Both the position numbers and the translations under genes were made by a program. Source: Octopus vulgaris (taxonomy: Eukaryota). From it: a stretch of 64,000 bases of DNA. Positions within the stretch are counted from its first letter, which is position 1; each line of letters starts with the position of its first letter. Positions 14,698-26,828 of the stretch are shown here, piece by piece. Under the pieces are notes generated by a model that searched no databases, was not told where the DNA came from, and worked only from the letters and a program-made list of their open reading frames with translations. The DNA is taken from NCBI GenBank assembly GCA_951406725.2, contig OX597821.1, positions 95,976,001 to 96,040,000 on the forward strand. The letters run 5' to 3'.

Positions 14698-15059
14698 GTA
14701 CATTTTCTATTGGCCACAAGGTTTCTTAAATATAACTAACAGTAGATCCTTATACACGATGCTTACAAAAACGAGTGGTGATAGGAAGCACAATGTTAAG
14801 TATAAACGAAAGTTTGCGTAAAAACATTACACTTTGAACCTTTTATAAATCCGATATAAATTAAAAGCACAGTATAAATATATGGTTGTATTATAACTGA
14901 AACAAACCATAATTAAGATAATAAATGCGAAGCAAAAAGTGTGTAGCCCGGTCACAAAAGAACAACTCCAAAAATAAAATTTAACTTTCCTATCAGAATT
15001 CACTAAAAGCAAGTAATGAAGCAGCAGGATACACTAAGGGCAGAATTTGTGAAGATGGG

Positions 15060-16036
15060 GAAAAAAAAAGAACAATCAACCGTTTTGACTCTGGGATCCT
15101 AGTCTTAACTTAGAAACGATATATCTACGGGCATGAGAGAATAAAAACTTAGACTCACAGGAAATTATACCAGCATTATGAAATATCAACAGAAATGTAA
15201 AGGCATAGGTTTACGCAAGAAAAGATCCCAAAGAATGAGAAAGTAACCATTCTCTGGGGTAAGCCAATGTGCATAGACAGGGAGATCAAGGGCAATCGAT
15301 TAGATATTATAGTGAAGGGCACCAAGGAATATAATAGACTCCTCATTGAAGCATCAATAGATTATAATGTACATGGGTGTGTTGAAAAGTTTCTGGCTTT
15401 GGGTAAAAGGAAATACAGCAGGATCAGTTAATTATGACTTTATTTCCCTTTCAGATTCCTCTCAACAGATTCCCCTCAACAAATTCCCCTCGACCTGTTC
15501 CCCTCTCAGATTCACATACTTATTGAACTTATTACACACTTACTAAAAGACCTCAAAAGGTTGGGTCTCGAACCAGGTGAGACCCTTAAAGTCAGGAACA
15601 TTGCAGCACCCCTCGTATTTACTTATGGCCGTTTATGTTTTGAGTTCAACTTCTGGTGAAATAAGTAAGACATTCGATTTAAACAACTTTCCCTAACTCT
15701 ACAGACATATAATGTGTATGTTTGTTTGAAATAATTATTGGACAAAATGTCTTACAGGATTTGTTTCGGATGTTTACGTTCCGAGTTCAAATCTCGCCGA
15801 AGTCAAATTTGCCTTTCATCTTCCCAAAGTAATAAAATAAAGCAGTAGTCAATTACTGGGGTCGATATATTTGACTATACCTACACCACAAAATTTCTAA
15901 GTAACAACAACAACAACAATAATAATAATGATATCCCTTTCTATTAAAGGTACAAGCCTGAAGTTTTTTTGGTGGCGGTGACTAGTCGATTACATCGACC
16001 CCAGTGTTTCCCTGGCAATTAATTTGGCAACTCCGA

Positions 16037-16109
<73 letters not shown>

Positions 16110-16610
16110 ATTTGTAAAAAAGGAGGCAAGCTGATGAAATGATCAGCGAGTCGGACAAAGTTCTTTGACGCTTTTCTTCATGCTCTTTGTCCTGGATTCA
16201 AATTCCGCCAAGGTCAGCTTCGCTTTTCATCCTCTCGGGATCGATAAAAACTTTTAAAGCCAGGAACTTTTTACAATAACCCCTTGCATTTATAAAAATG
16301 ATGGAGAAATTGTACAAATATAAAGATATAAAAATAGAGATAACTCAGATTTGAGTACTGGAAGTAATCTTTATAAGAGCTGTCGTGAGGCTTAGAAAGA
16401 GTATGTAGACAAATACATAACGAAAATCCGGTACTTACAATCATACAACATACAGAAAAAAAAGAACGCCTAAGCCCCAAATGCATATTATATTGGATAC
16501 GTGTACTGCAATAGAAACCTCAAAACCAAAGCAAAACAGCGTAAGTACTCAAGACACACAGAACTGCTTTCGGGAAGGTAGTAGATATACGCAATAAAAG
16601 AAAACTATCG
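15060..16610 (+). pseudogene. Decayed R4/Dong-like RLE retroposon split by a mariner MITE and SINEs
   Basis: NEKVTILW..IDREIKGNRLDIIVK..LLIE (15235-15360) resumes as MEKLYKYKDIKIEI (about 16300); the 3' UTR is similar to that of the 33788-34170 element. Confidence 0.7.
15370..15617 (-). mobile_element. mariner-derived MITE, copy 2
   Basis: TACATGGGTGTGTTGAAAAGTTTCTGGCTTT ... AAAGTCAGGAACATTGCAGCACCCCTCGTA; homologous to 3327-3541. Confidence 0.8.
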
Positions 16611-16874
16611 CAAAAAAGCAAAAAAACAACAACAAAAAAAAACCCATAAAAAAACAAAAAACAAATATAAAAATGGTCTAAAGTTTTGGCGCAAGGCCAG
16701 CAATTTTAGTTGGGTCATTGGTTGATGACATCGATTCCAGTATTCAACTGGTTCTTAAATCCCCACTCCCGAAATGAAAAGCAAAGTTGACCTCGGATAA
16801 AAAACTAAATAAATAAATAAAAAATAGATAAAGAAATAATTTTCTTTTCTTAGGGAAAGTCGATGACAACTTAC

Positions 16875-16953
16875 TGAAGACAGACACAAAAGCTTCCAAG
16901 AATGCACGTTCCTCCATTTTGACAACATTGTGTAGTTTTCAAATTATTTTCAC
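16875..16953 (-). CDS. EGF-CFC: EGF-CFC (Cripto/Cryptic/oep family) exon encoding the N-terminal part of the truncated EGF motif: (G)[25 protein letters not shown](H/Q)
   Basis: Acceptor CTACTTTCAG, donor CA|GTAAGT, 79 nt, phase 1 to 2. CCxNGGTCxLGSFCxC with adjacent first cysteines is the EGF-CFC signature (human Cripto has CCLNGGTCMLGSFCAC). Confidence 0.9.
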
Positions 16954-17074
16954 CTGAAAGTAGATGTTTTGATTAAATACAATGCTTTATACATATACAC
17001 ATGTACACACTCACGTATGCACATGCATACGTACACAAACACGTTCATACAAGCACATACACATATATGATATC

Positions 17075-17108
<34 letters not shown>

Positions 17109-17209
17109 GAGAAAGGGAAGCAAGTGAAAGAGATGGAAAGTAAAGTAAGATAACTGCTTCATAAATAGATTGACAGAGAAAACGATAGAAGGGAATAGAC
17201 ACAGAGCGT

Positions 17210-17308
<99 letters not shown>

Positions 17309-17332
17309 AATATATATATATATATATAAAAG

Positions 17333-17370
<38 letters not shown>

Positions 17371-17817
17371 AATAAATATGTATGTATGTAACATATTATG
17401 AAAGAAAGACAAAGACGCATGTGTGTGTGTATAATGTACACACACACACATATGGATATTATATATCTTTATGTATGCATACATATATGCATACATATAT
17501 GCATACATACATACATGCATCCACATCCATATATACATGCATATATTTCTATACACACACACACACGCGCGCGCGCGCACACACACACACATACACACAC
17601 ACATGAAGAAAAGAGAAAGAGAGAGCTTCAACAAATTGGTTTTTTTTCCCTATAACTGAACTGGTTAAACAAAGGAGCTGCAATTTTGCAATTAGCCAAT
17701 ATAGATTATCATTGAATTAAACCAAAAATACTTAACATGTAATCTGAAAAGACAAAACCGATTTTCAGCAAAACAAAATCATAAAATATAAGGTGTTAAC
17801 CAAACAAGGGTACTCAC

Positions 17818-17873
17818 CGTTAGCAACGATAATGGATTTTCCGCACAATAACGTCCAAACAAGCAGCATGTAT
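17818..17873 (-). CDS. EGF-CFC: EGF-CFC signal-peptide exon: (R)YMLLVWTLLCGKSIIVAN(G)
   Basis: Acceptor CTTTATTTTAG, donor G|GTGAGT, 56 nt; hydrophobic core; ends in phase 1 and joins the EGF exon in frame (G+GT = Gly). Confidence 0.75.
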
Positions 17874-18165
17874 CTAAAATAAAGTTATATTAAAACAAGT
17901 AAAATGTTTCATCTACTACAACTTGTTTCTAATTTAGACACAAGACTAACAATTTTATGAGTTGTAGTGGTGGTGTGTGGAGTGGGTGATGCTGGCTAGT
18001 CGATACCAGCTACTCTGCAGAACTTTGTTTTATCGGCCGTTGAGAGATGAAAGGCGAAATTTGACTACAGAAGGATTTGAACTCAGAATTGAAAAGTCAG
18101 AAGAAAAACTGCTTAAAATTTTTGTTCAATGCTCTGACGCTCTTGCCAATCCACACCACCCTATC

Positions 18166-18219
<54 letters not shown>

Positions 18220-19133
18220 CCCTGACCCATCAATGGCTAATGGCCTCTGGCTTAAAATCTGAAACAGAGGGGTTTATCATAGCAGCTCAAGATCAATGCC
18301 TACCAACAAGAAACTACCAGGCCAACATATTAAAGATCAGAAGCAGTCCAACGTGTCGTGTATGCAAGCAACAAAATGAAACCATTGACCATGTGGTCTC
18401 CAAGTGCAGTCTTCTAGCGCCTACAGAGTATCTCAACAGGCACGATAGAGCTGCACAATATATTCACTGGGTAATCTGTAAAAACCTGGATTTGCCCCAT
18501 GAAAAAAACTGGTGGGAACACAAACCACCCCCAGTGCTTGAAAATGACCACATCTCACTCCTCTGGAACTTCACCATTCAAACTGACAGGAAGATAGATG
18601 CAAATAGGCCAGACATCATATTGAAAGACTTCAAACAAAGAACATGCGTCCTCATTGATATGACTGTCCCAATCGATATAAACGTATCTGTCAAGACCTA
18701 CCAAAAACTGAGCAAATATAAAGATCTTGAAATAGAAATCAGCAAAATGTGGAAGCTGAAGACTAAAACAATACCTGTTGTCATAGGTGCCCTGGGAATG
18801 ATAGCAAAAGGGGCTGATAGCTACCTAACTCAGATACCAGGAAACCCAAAAATGGCAGATGTTCAAAAGATAGTGCTCATGGGAACTGCTCATATCCTAC
18901 GCAAAATACTCTCTAGGTAATCTCAAGGTTTAAAACAAACATAATTTTCGGTTTAAAAAAAAAAAAAAAAACCTTTTTTTTTTAGACATTCATTAGTACA
19001 ACATCCCCACCCCCCAAATATATGGCACACTAGGCATAAAAACAACATGAACCTCCAACCCTGTTGCCTCTTGAGGTCTCTGGGTGAGACTTGGAGCCAA
19101 CTTGTACAAATATAAAGCAAAAGTCAAACATAG
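18220..19133 (+). mobile_element. 5'-truncated R4/Dong-like non-LTR retrotransposon (CCHC plus restriction-like endonuclease, open to the stop at 18920)
   Basis: CRVC...ETIDHVVSKC zinc knuckle, RHD, NRPDII..IDM..P, K..KY.DL motifs; flanked by (AAT)n on both sides. Confidence 0.93.
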
Positions 19134-19158
19134 AATAATAATAATAATAATAATAATA

Positions 19159-19298
<140 letters not shown>

Positions 19299-19866
19299 CA
19301 AAACTGCTGATAAATGGTATAAACACCATCCAGAAGCTGTGACTGAGGGAGAAAGCGATTCTATGGGACTTCCCCGTACATACCGACAAAACTATAAAAG
19401 CTAATAAACCGGGTATTATTATAAAAGATCAGACAAAAAAGGTGTGTTTATTAATTGACATGAGTATTCCTTGCGATCACAATATAGCGACGAAATAATT
19501 TGACAAGATCAATAAATATAAAGACTTGCTAATAGAAATTGAAAAAATGTTGCATCTCAAGGCGACTACAGTACCAGTGATTGTATGATCTCTAGGAATG
19601 ATAAAAAAAGATACTGAAACCTATTTGAAAATGATACCTACAGGAAGTGCAAAAAATCGTGTTAACTGGAACGACTCATGTACTGAGAAGAGCATTATCG
19701 CTGTGAAAACAACATCCATTCATGAATTTATTTATTTATTAATTTTTTAAATATATATTTTACCTGTGAATTTGCGTGTGTAATCTGGGAATGCATAAAA
19801 TGAGCTTGTCTGCCCTAGGTTTACGGAAAACACTCGGCGAGAAATGGAAGAAAATTTGAAGAAAGA
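19299..19866 (+). pseudogene. Second R4/Dong-like RLE fragment (different family, frameshifted)
   Basis: KWYKHHPEAV, TDKTIKANKPGIIIKD, LLIDMSIP, KYKDLLIEIEKM, QKIVLTGTTHVLRRALSL*; followed by (AAC)/(AAT)n. Confidence 0.88.
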
Positions 19867-20069
19867 AAACAACAACAACAACAACAACAACAATAATAAT
19901 AATAATAATAATGATAATAATAATAATAATATAATAATAATAATAATGATAATAATAATAATAATATAATAATAATAATTTTAATAATAATATTAATAAT
20001 AATATTAATAATAATAATAATAATATTAATAATAATAATAATATAATAATAATAATAACAATAATAATA

Positions 20070-20105
<36 letters not shown>

Positions 20106-20337
20106 TAATAATGATAATAATAATAATAACAATAATAATAATGATAATAATAATAATAATAATATAATAATAATAATAATGATAATAATAATAATAATAT
20201 AATAATAATAATTTTAATAATAATATTAATAATAATATTAATAATAATAATAATATTAATAATAATAATAATAATATAATAATAATAATAATAATAATAA
20301 TATAATAATGATAATAATAATAATAATAATAATAATG

Positions 20338-20370
<33 letters not shown>

Positions 20371-20400
20371 TAATAATAATAATAATGATAATAATAATAT

Positions 20401-20472
<72 letters not shown>

Positions 20473-20488
20473 GTAATAATAATAATTA

Positions 20489-20540
<52 letters not shown>

Positions 20541-20541
<1 letters not shown>

Positions 20542-23135
20542 CTTTCTTTATTGGCCATCAGGGCCGAACACAAAACAGAGGATGATACACAGACGAGAGG
20601 TTAAACGAGTAGACAGCAAACACAACGATTAACAAAGAGATTTAATCAGCAATATGCTTCCCCAATGGACGGGAGCTCTACCGTAAGGTGACCAAAGAGA
20701 CCTCATGCACTTTGGACCCCTTAACAGCAGTCGCTCATCAGGAAGGCATGCTCTCTTCCCCCTTTCATCCGGCCTACAGGCGTATACTTAGCATACTTAG
20801 AGTTGGCTCATTCATGAGGGCCATTCTTTCCACATTCACCCACCTTTCGCCAAACTTACTGTGTGACAGTACCTCCCTCTCCAGCCTTACTTCCCTTTTC
20901 AGGTGGAACCTGAAAAAGTCAACGAGGCTTTGGCCAAAGTGGAAGGTGCTCGTCTTTAGCCCTTTCAATCGCGTCCACCGCACAACTTCTTTTGTCATAG
21001 CCACCAGACAGAAAAATTGCCCTCCCTTTCCGGCCAAAGGAAGGAGGTGGGGCGATCTTCACAATGGACTCGGACAATAGCTGGATCCGTCCTACATGTG
21101 ACAATAACTGTTGACACTGTACGAGAACATGTGGACATGTGGACACTGTACGAGAACATGCAGAACGGTTTCATCGTTTCGCATGCATCCCGGACAAGCC
21201 CGACAGACTGCACACCTGTGCCTATAGAACTTATCTCGAACCGGCAGCGCCCCCCCTCGTAAAACTGCTGGGCCAGGAATTTCTGGAAGTTATCCATAGT
21301 CCCCTGCCCGAAAGTCGTCCGGAAGAGACCAGCCAGCTGATCCCCCGTGACGCCCAGGACCTCTCCGAGTACATCGCCGCTCTTGCCCTCCACTAATCCC
21401 CTATAGAACTCCAAGGTGGAACTTCCACCTATCGCATTGGTCAACTTACCGAAGGTTTTGAGCACTTGGAGACACTCTAGGTGCCAAGCGTCCTGCCTCG
21501 GTCTACGCCTGATCCAGGACTGTGTAGCTCCGTCAAGGAGACGAAATGTGGAAAAGCGCGTTCAACAAACGGCGACCACACCTGCTCACCGTTAAGGTAT
21601 TGCTGGAGATGTCGCAGCCTCAACCCATGTCTACGCATCTCTACCATAGCTACGACATGCCCAGTCCTCTACGCAACGACTAACTGCAAAGTGATCGTCT
21701 GACAAGCGGTACCTTTACCATCCTCAAGAAGCAGAAGAGCAAACGCACCAACCCGTTCAGCCATGAAGCAGGACAAGGGACGACAGTCAGGCGGTGGTAT
21801 ATGACGGATGGATGCGATGTACGCATCGCCACCTCCGCCCTACGTTTCAGGGACAACTTCCTCTCGGCCCATTTCTGGGTGAGTCTGGCCACGTCACCTC
21901 GCCCTAGTTCTTGTCTACTTGGAGGTCTGGACTGAACCAAAACCCGAGCAACTTAAAAGGTCCTTCCGTCCAGCGCCCCACCACGCTGTCAGTTGGTTTG
22001 GGCCTGCCTCTCCAAGTGAAAGTGAACATCCTTGACGGAACGAACGTGCGATACTAAACGATTCCGAGAGGTGGCCATTTACTTTGACTACCGAACAGAT
22101 GATGCTGTACATTGCAGCAATACAACCTCTGAAAACGGGACCGAAACCAGCCGCCTTGAGGGCAGCCTCCAAGTACAGATGGTCGACTCTATCGAAAGCT
22201 TTCGATTGATCCAAATGCCAGGTTCTTTACCAACCCTCTCTATGATGTACTGAGTAAAATGGAAGTTGTCGTGTATAGTTCTGCTGGGGATAGCGCAAGT
22301 CTGCGCAGCACCCACTAGTCAGTCAACAAGCACCAACCTCTTTGCTAACACCTTGGCCAAAATTTTGTAATCTGTATTTAGCAGAGTTACCGGCGTAAAG
22401 TTATCAACAATGTCCCTTTGCTGGAATCCATTCTCAGTAGCGTCACCACACCCCTGCTCACAGATCTGGGTATTCTCCCATTCGGCTGCCAGTTGCGGTA
22501 GACGTCTCCCAAAAGCTCAACAAACAAGTCTGGCATATGTATGTAAATCTCGAAGGGCCGACCATCCAATCCCGGAGATCTTTCCCTCGTGCAACCAGCA
22601 AACGCGTCACGTATATCTTCAGCTGTCATCGGCATTTCGCAGAACTTAACGTCCCTGACCGAAAGCTGTGGCATACAATCATGGTAGGAAGTGAAGTTCA
22701 CCTCCGCCTTCGTGCCACCGCACGCCCCGTACAGTTCAGCAAAGTACCGCTGAAATTCCGCACATATCTGCTTCGACTCGTGCAACATGTGCCCAGCCAG
22801 ACCCCTCAGAGACCGAATTGTTGCTTTATTACCACGTTGCGCCTCGGCCAACCAGGCCCATCGAACGGCTTTCGTTCCCTCCTGCTTTAGAGCATGCAAC
22901 CTAGTTCTGACAGTGCAACCTTCATGCCTCTTCTAATTTCCTAACACATCTCCCTCTACTCTTGCCTTCTCTATCGCTAATTCTTTGCTAAATTCTACAG
23001 CTTCAACTCTAATCACCCATTTTGGGCTCTCCGTCATCGGTTGTTGACGACTGTACCCGATGGACCTAACTTGCTAAGCAGGTCTTCGAAAGCTTGAAGC
23101 GTCGGAACGCGTTCAGCTTCCAGTATCGGGTCTAT
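20541..23135 (-). mobile_element. Tx1/L1-clade LINE remnant (RT and CCHC, internal deletion)
   Basis: SPGLDG, QTCAIPSRTIHDN, DQSKAFDRVDH, RQGCSLS, LGFWF, CPGC..DETVLHVLVQC; the YADD region is deleted near 22010; 3' UTR ends AATAAAGAAAG plus (AAT)n. Confidence 0.9.
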
Positions 23136-23696
23136 AAGAGTATCTTATGGAGCCTATAAGCATACCGTTTGACAAATAATACATCATTCCAATTAAAGAG
23201 CATAAAATCCACAGAATTGTCTCCCCTTACTCACAGGAACTGGATAACTCATACCCCATTTCCTGTTTTGACACACATTCACCCAACCCTTTAAACTAAA
23301 CACTACATTTGAACACACACATCCTAATCCTCCAAAGAGGTTTTTCCAAGGACTATTATTGAACTCTAAAAGCATAAAGACTATACAATGTATTGGTATA
23401 CTTATTTATTAATTTTTGTATATGTTTATTATTATTTTTTTGAAAAAAACATTGTAAATTTCTTTTTTTCCCCTTCCTCAATTAAAAAAAAATAATTTTC
23501 GTTTCCCCTTCCAAATCTTGAAAATTTGCCTTGCCATGAAAACCGGTTTGATTTATTATTTTTTCTTTTTTAATTTTCCATATACCCATCATTTCTCCAC
23601 GTGCGGTCAACACAACCCCACCATTTACCGACTTATATATATATATATATATAGTATTAATAGTAGGAGATGGATTTCATATAAGACTTTTATTAG

Positions 23697-23741
23697 GTAC
23701 AACATATGTTTCGACCCATCAGTCTAGGTCTCTTCAGGTAC
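23697..23741 (-). ncRNA. Minimal type I hammerhead ribozyme motif with intact core
   Basis: GTAC-CTGAAGA-GACC[TAGACTGATG]GGTC-GAAA-CATATG-TT-GTAC: stem I, CUGANGA, stem II, GAAA, palindromic stem III and UH are all present. Confidence 0.8.
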
Positions 23742-24746
23742 ATTGATAAAGAAGTCTCACTAGAGATTTTTAGTGTCAGCTGGCTTGTTGTTATAATCCA
23801 TCTCCTACTATTAATTAATGCTATTACCCTAACTCCCACTGCGGAGATCCTGAAGTAGATCCAACGGAAGTATATCACAACTGCGGATACCAACACGTAG
23901 ACTAAACTGTTGAAGAATTCAAAGTGTGGACAATCTATGCTATTCTGTGTCGGTACTCTACTCAACATTTAATCGCACTAATCGAATTATACTTATTTGT
24001 CTAAATTATCTATTTGGACAAATAAGTCTCTATTTAGTTTCTCCTATTTCATCCTCTGCATTATTCTCAACGATGATCTGGTTCTTTAAAACATCAGAAC
24101 GAAAATAATTAAGACTGTGCTACTGTCAGATCTAGCCGCTCTGACGTCAGTTCTGACGTTAGCAAAAATTGCGAATGTGTGGTTTTACGCTGATAGATAA
24201 TAACGGAACTTTCCAGCATTGCGTCTGTGAAACAGTGCAGAGAAAATTTTGATCTGAAAGCTTCTTGATAAAAGGTTTTTCTTTTGAGAGAGGATCAGAG
24301 ATTTTTCCACCTTTCACTCTAATTCTTATAGAAGGGTGAAATAGGAAGAAACATAGATAGATTGAATAGATTGATGGTAAGATAGACGATTACACACACA
24401 CACACACACGCATGCACACACGCATGCACACACGCATGCACACACGCACGTACACACACACACACGTATACACACACTCTTATGCACACACTCACACATG
24501 TATATAGACAAGGTTAAGAGGTTTCACACGAGTAAATTTATAATAGAAAAACATAGAGACGAAAATTCTTTCAAAACTTTATCAGAGAAAAAATATGACA
24601 GTATTTACATTTATAATTTTCATTTTGTTTTTTCAATATCCATACGCATACATGCACTCATACACAGACTCATATACATACATACAAACAAACATACATA
24701 CATATATACATACATACATACATACATACATACATACATACATACA

Positions 24747-24777
<31 letters not shown>

Positions 24778-24856
24778 GTATATATATAATATATATCTAA
24801 ATATATATATATATATATATATATATTACACATATATATATATGTATATGGATATG

Positions 24857-24939
<83 letters not shown>

Positions 24940-25260
24940 TGATACGTTGATATGTTTCCAGAAACGTAGGTAAGAAACTAAATCAAATTGAACTAGGAAG
25001 AAAAGATGCAAAATTGAATGGGTACAAAATTTTCGTCACTCACGTATAAATATACGCACATACCCTCCTCACCACACACACACGGCCGACCCGAGCCAGG
25101 AGATCCAATGAACTGTCATGAGCGTATATGCAAAACACAAGGAACACACACCTACCGTCAACCAGAACATCACACACACACACAGAACTCCTTACAAAAA
25201 CTACTACCTCTGAAAAACAATAAGTCTAAGCACTTAGAACAATATAAACATCAAGCTATT

Positions 25261-26330
25261 CTTGCCTCGATATTCCTGTTAAATGTACGTTGCATCAATC
25301 CATCACTCATTAGTCCAAAATAGAAGATTCCATACATAGAGAGTTGGCTTGATGAAACGGTACACTGCATCCCTTTCTTTATCTTTACTGAAACTCACCT
25401 AAACAGCACTCACGTGGATGCCGAGGTGAAAATAAAAAGATTTCACCATCATCCGTGCAGATCGCACAGGCCGAAATAAAGGAGGAACAGCCATCTTTCT
25501 CCATGACTATTTTACAGTAGATGTTAAGGAAGTATTTTCCAATGGCTATTGTGAATCCATATAACTGTTCAACATGGCCAACGACATAACCATTGTTGGT
25601 CTCTACAGACCTCCCCAAGCACCTCGAAAGTGCTTTGAAGAATGCCTGAACATAATCAAGTCCTTCCTTCAAAAATAAAACTCCGGAAACATATAGGGGA
25701 TGGGTGATTTTAACCTCCCTTATACAAAATGGCCCGCAAATACTCTGAAGTTAGGCAACTACACTATACCAGACAAAGCAGCAACAACAGCAGCCGTTCA
25801 AGAATTTGGACCTGGAAATTTCCATTTCCAGTGACTTTGAGGGCCCCTCCCAGTGGTGCCGGGCGTCAACGTAGAGCCTTCGACTACAACAAGACGACCA
25901 AATTTTTTTTTGTCTTTCAAGGTCTGGGGTCTCCCGCCCCTAAGCCCTAGACCATCACCTAATCACCTTTACCCGTTTTGTTGCTTAACAACAACAACAA
26001 CAACAACAACAGTAACAGCAGAATTATTCTTTAATCTAATGGATGAATTTTACCTGACACAGCTAGTGCTCGAACAAGCAAGACAGAATGAAACGATCTC
26101 GGATCTAATATTAACAAACCACTCTCGCTCCATTCACAGCATTTCAGTTGAAAAGACTCTGCTCTCGGATTGCGACATGATACTCTGTAAATTTAATTTC
26201 CGGCATATCAAAACCAAATTAGCCAATCTCACTCCACTGCAAACTCCAGTGATCAGATACATCATAGCAATGTCTCTTCGATCTATATCTGGAACGAACA
26301 GATTAGCTGGTACTTTGAAATCGTCAATAT
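25261..26330 (+). pseudogene. CR1/Jockey-type LINE AP-endonuclease remnant
   Basis: FLLNVRCI, FTETHL, IRADRTGRNKGGTAIF, GLYRPP, MGDFNLP, then DLILTN..LSD; stops, frameshifts and an insertion at about 25790-26010. Confidence 0.85.
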
Positions 26331-26339
26331 TGATAATAT

Positions 26340-26744
26340 ATGCATATGTGGCTGTCTGGTAAGTAGCTTGTTTACCAACCACATGGTTCCGGGTTCAGTC
26401 CCACTGCGTGGCACCTTGGGCAAGTGCCTTCTACTATAGCCTCGGGCCGACCAAAGCCTTGTGAGTGGATTTGGTAAACGGAAACTGAAAGAAGCCCGTC
26501 GTATATATGTATATATATATACGTGTGTGTGTGTTTGTGTGTCTGTGTTTGTCCCCCTAGCATTGCTTGACAACCGATGCTGGTGTGTTTATGTCCCCGT
26601 CACTTAGCGGTTCGGCAAAAGAGACCGATAGAATAAGTACTGGGCTTACAAAAGAATAAGTCCCGGGGTCGAGTTGCTCGATTAAAGGCGGTGCTCCAGC
26701 ATGGCCGCAGTCAAATGACTGAAACAATTAAAAGAGTAAAAGAG
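26340..26744 (+). mobile_element. Full-length tRNA/CORE-like SINE with internal (TA)(TG) tract
   Basis: A-box-like TGGCTGTCTGG, B-box-like GGTTCAGTCCC, CORE-like segment, tail ending (TAAAAGAG)n; near-identical copies at 31940-32346 (-) and 36297-36675 (+), partial copies at 34920-35520 and 52597-52856. Confidence 0.92.
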
Positions 26745-26828
26745 TATATATTTCGCAAAAGTGGAGGGCGTATATATATATACACTGTCTCGTCTCATCA
26801 CAAGCATGTTTGTTTTGTAGCAGAATTG

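Noticed and set aside
16436-16505. Minus-strand exon-like segment (TTGCAG ... GTAAGT) just downstream of the EGF exon
   Set aside because: Encodes no GRxCE or CFC residues and lies antisense within a decayed RLE retroposon
21113-21160. Short tandem duplication GACACTGTACGAGAACATG in Tx1 (a similar one at 56451-56496)
   Set aside because: Ordinary slippage duplication in dead elements
23236-23365. Exon-like segment with AG/GTGAGT inside the candidate first intron
   Set aside because: Peptide is unrecognisable and would disrupt the signal peptide; no independent support
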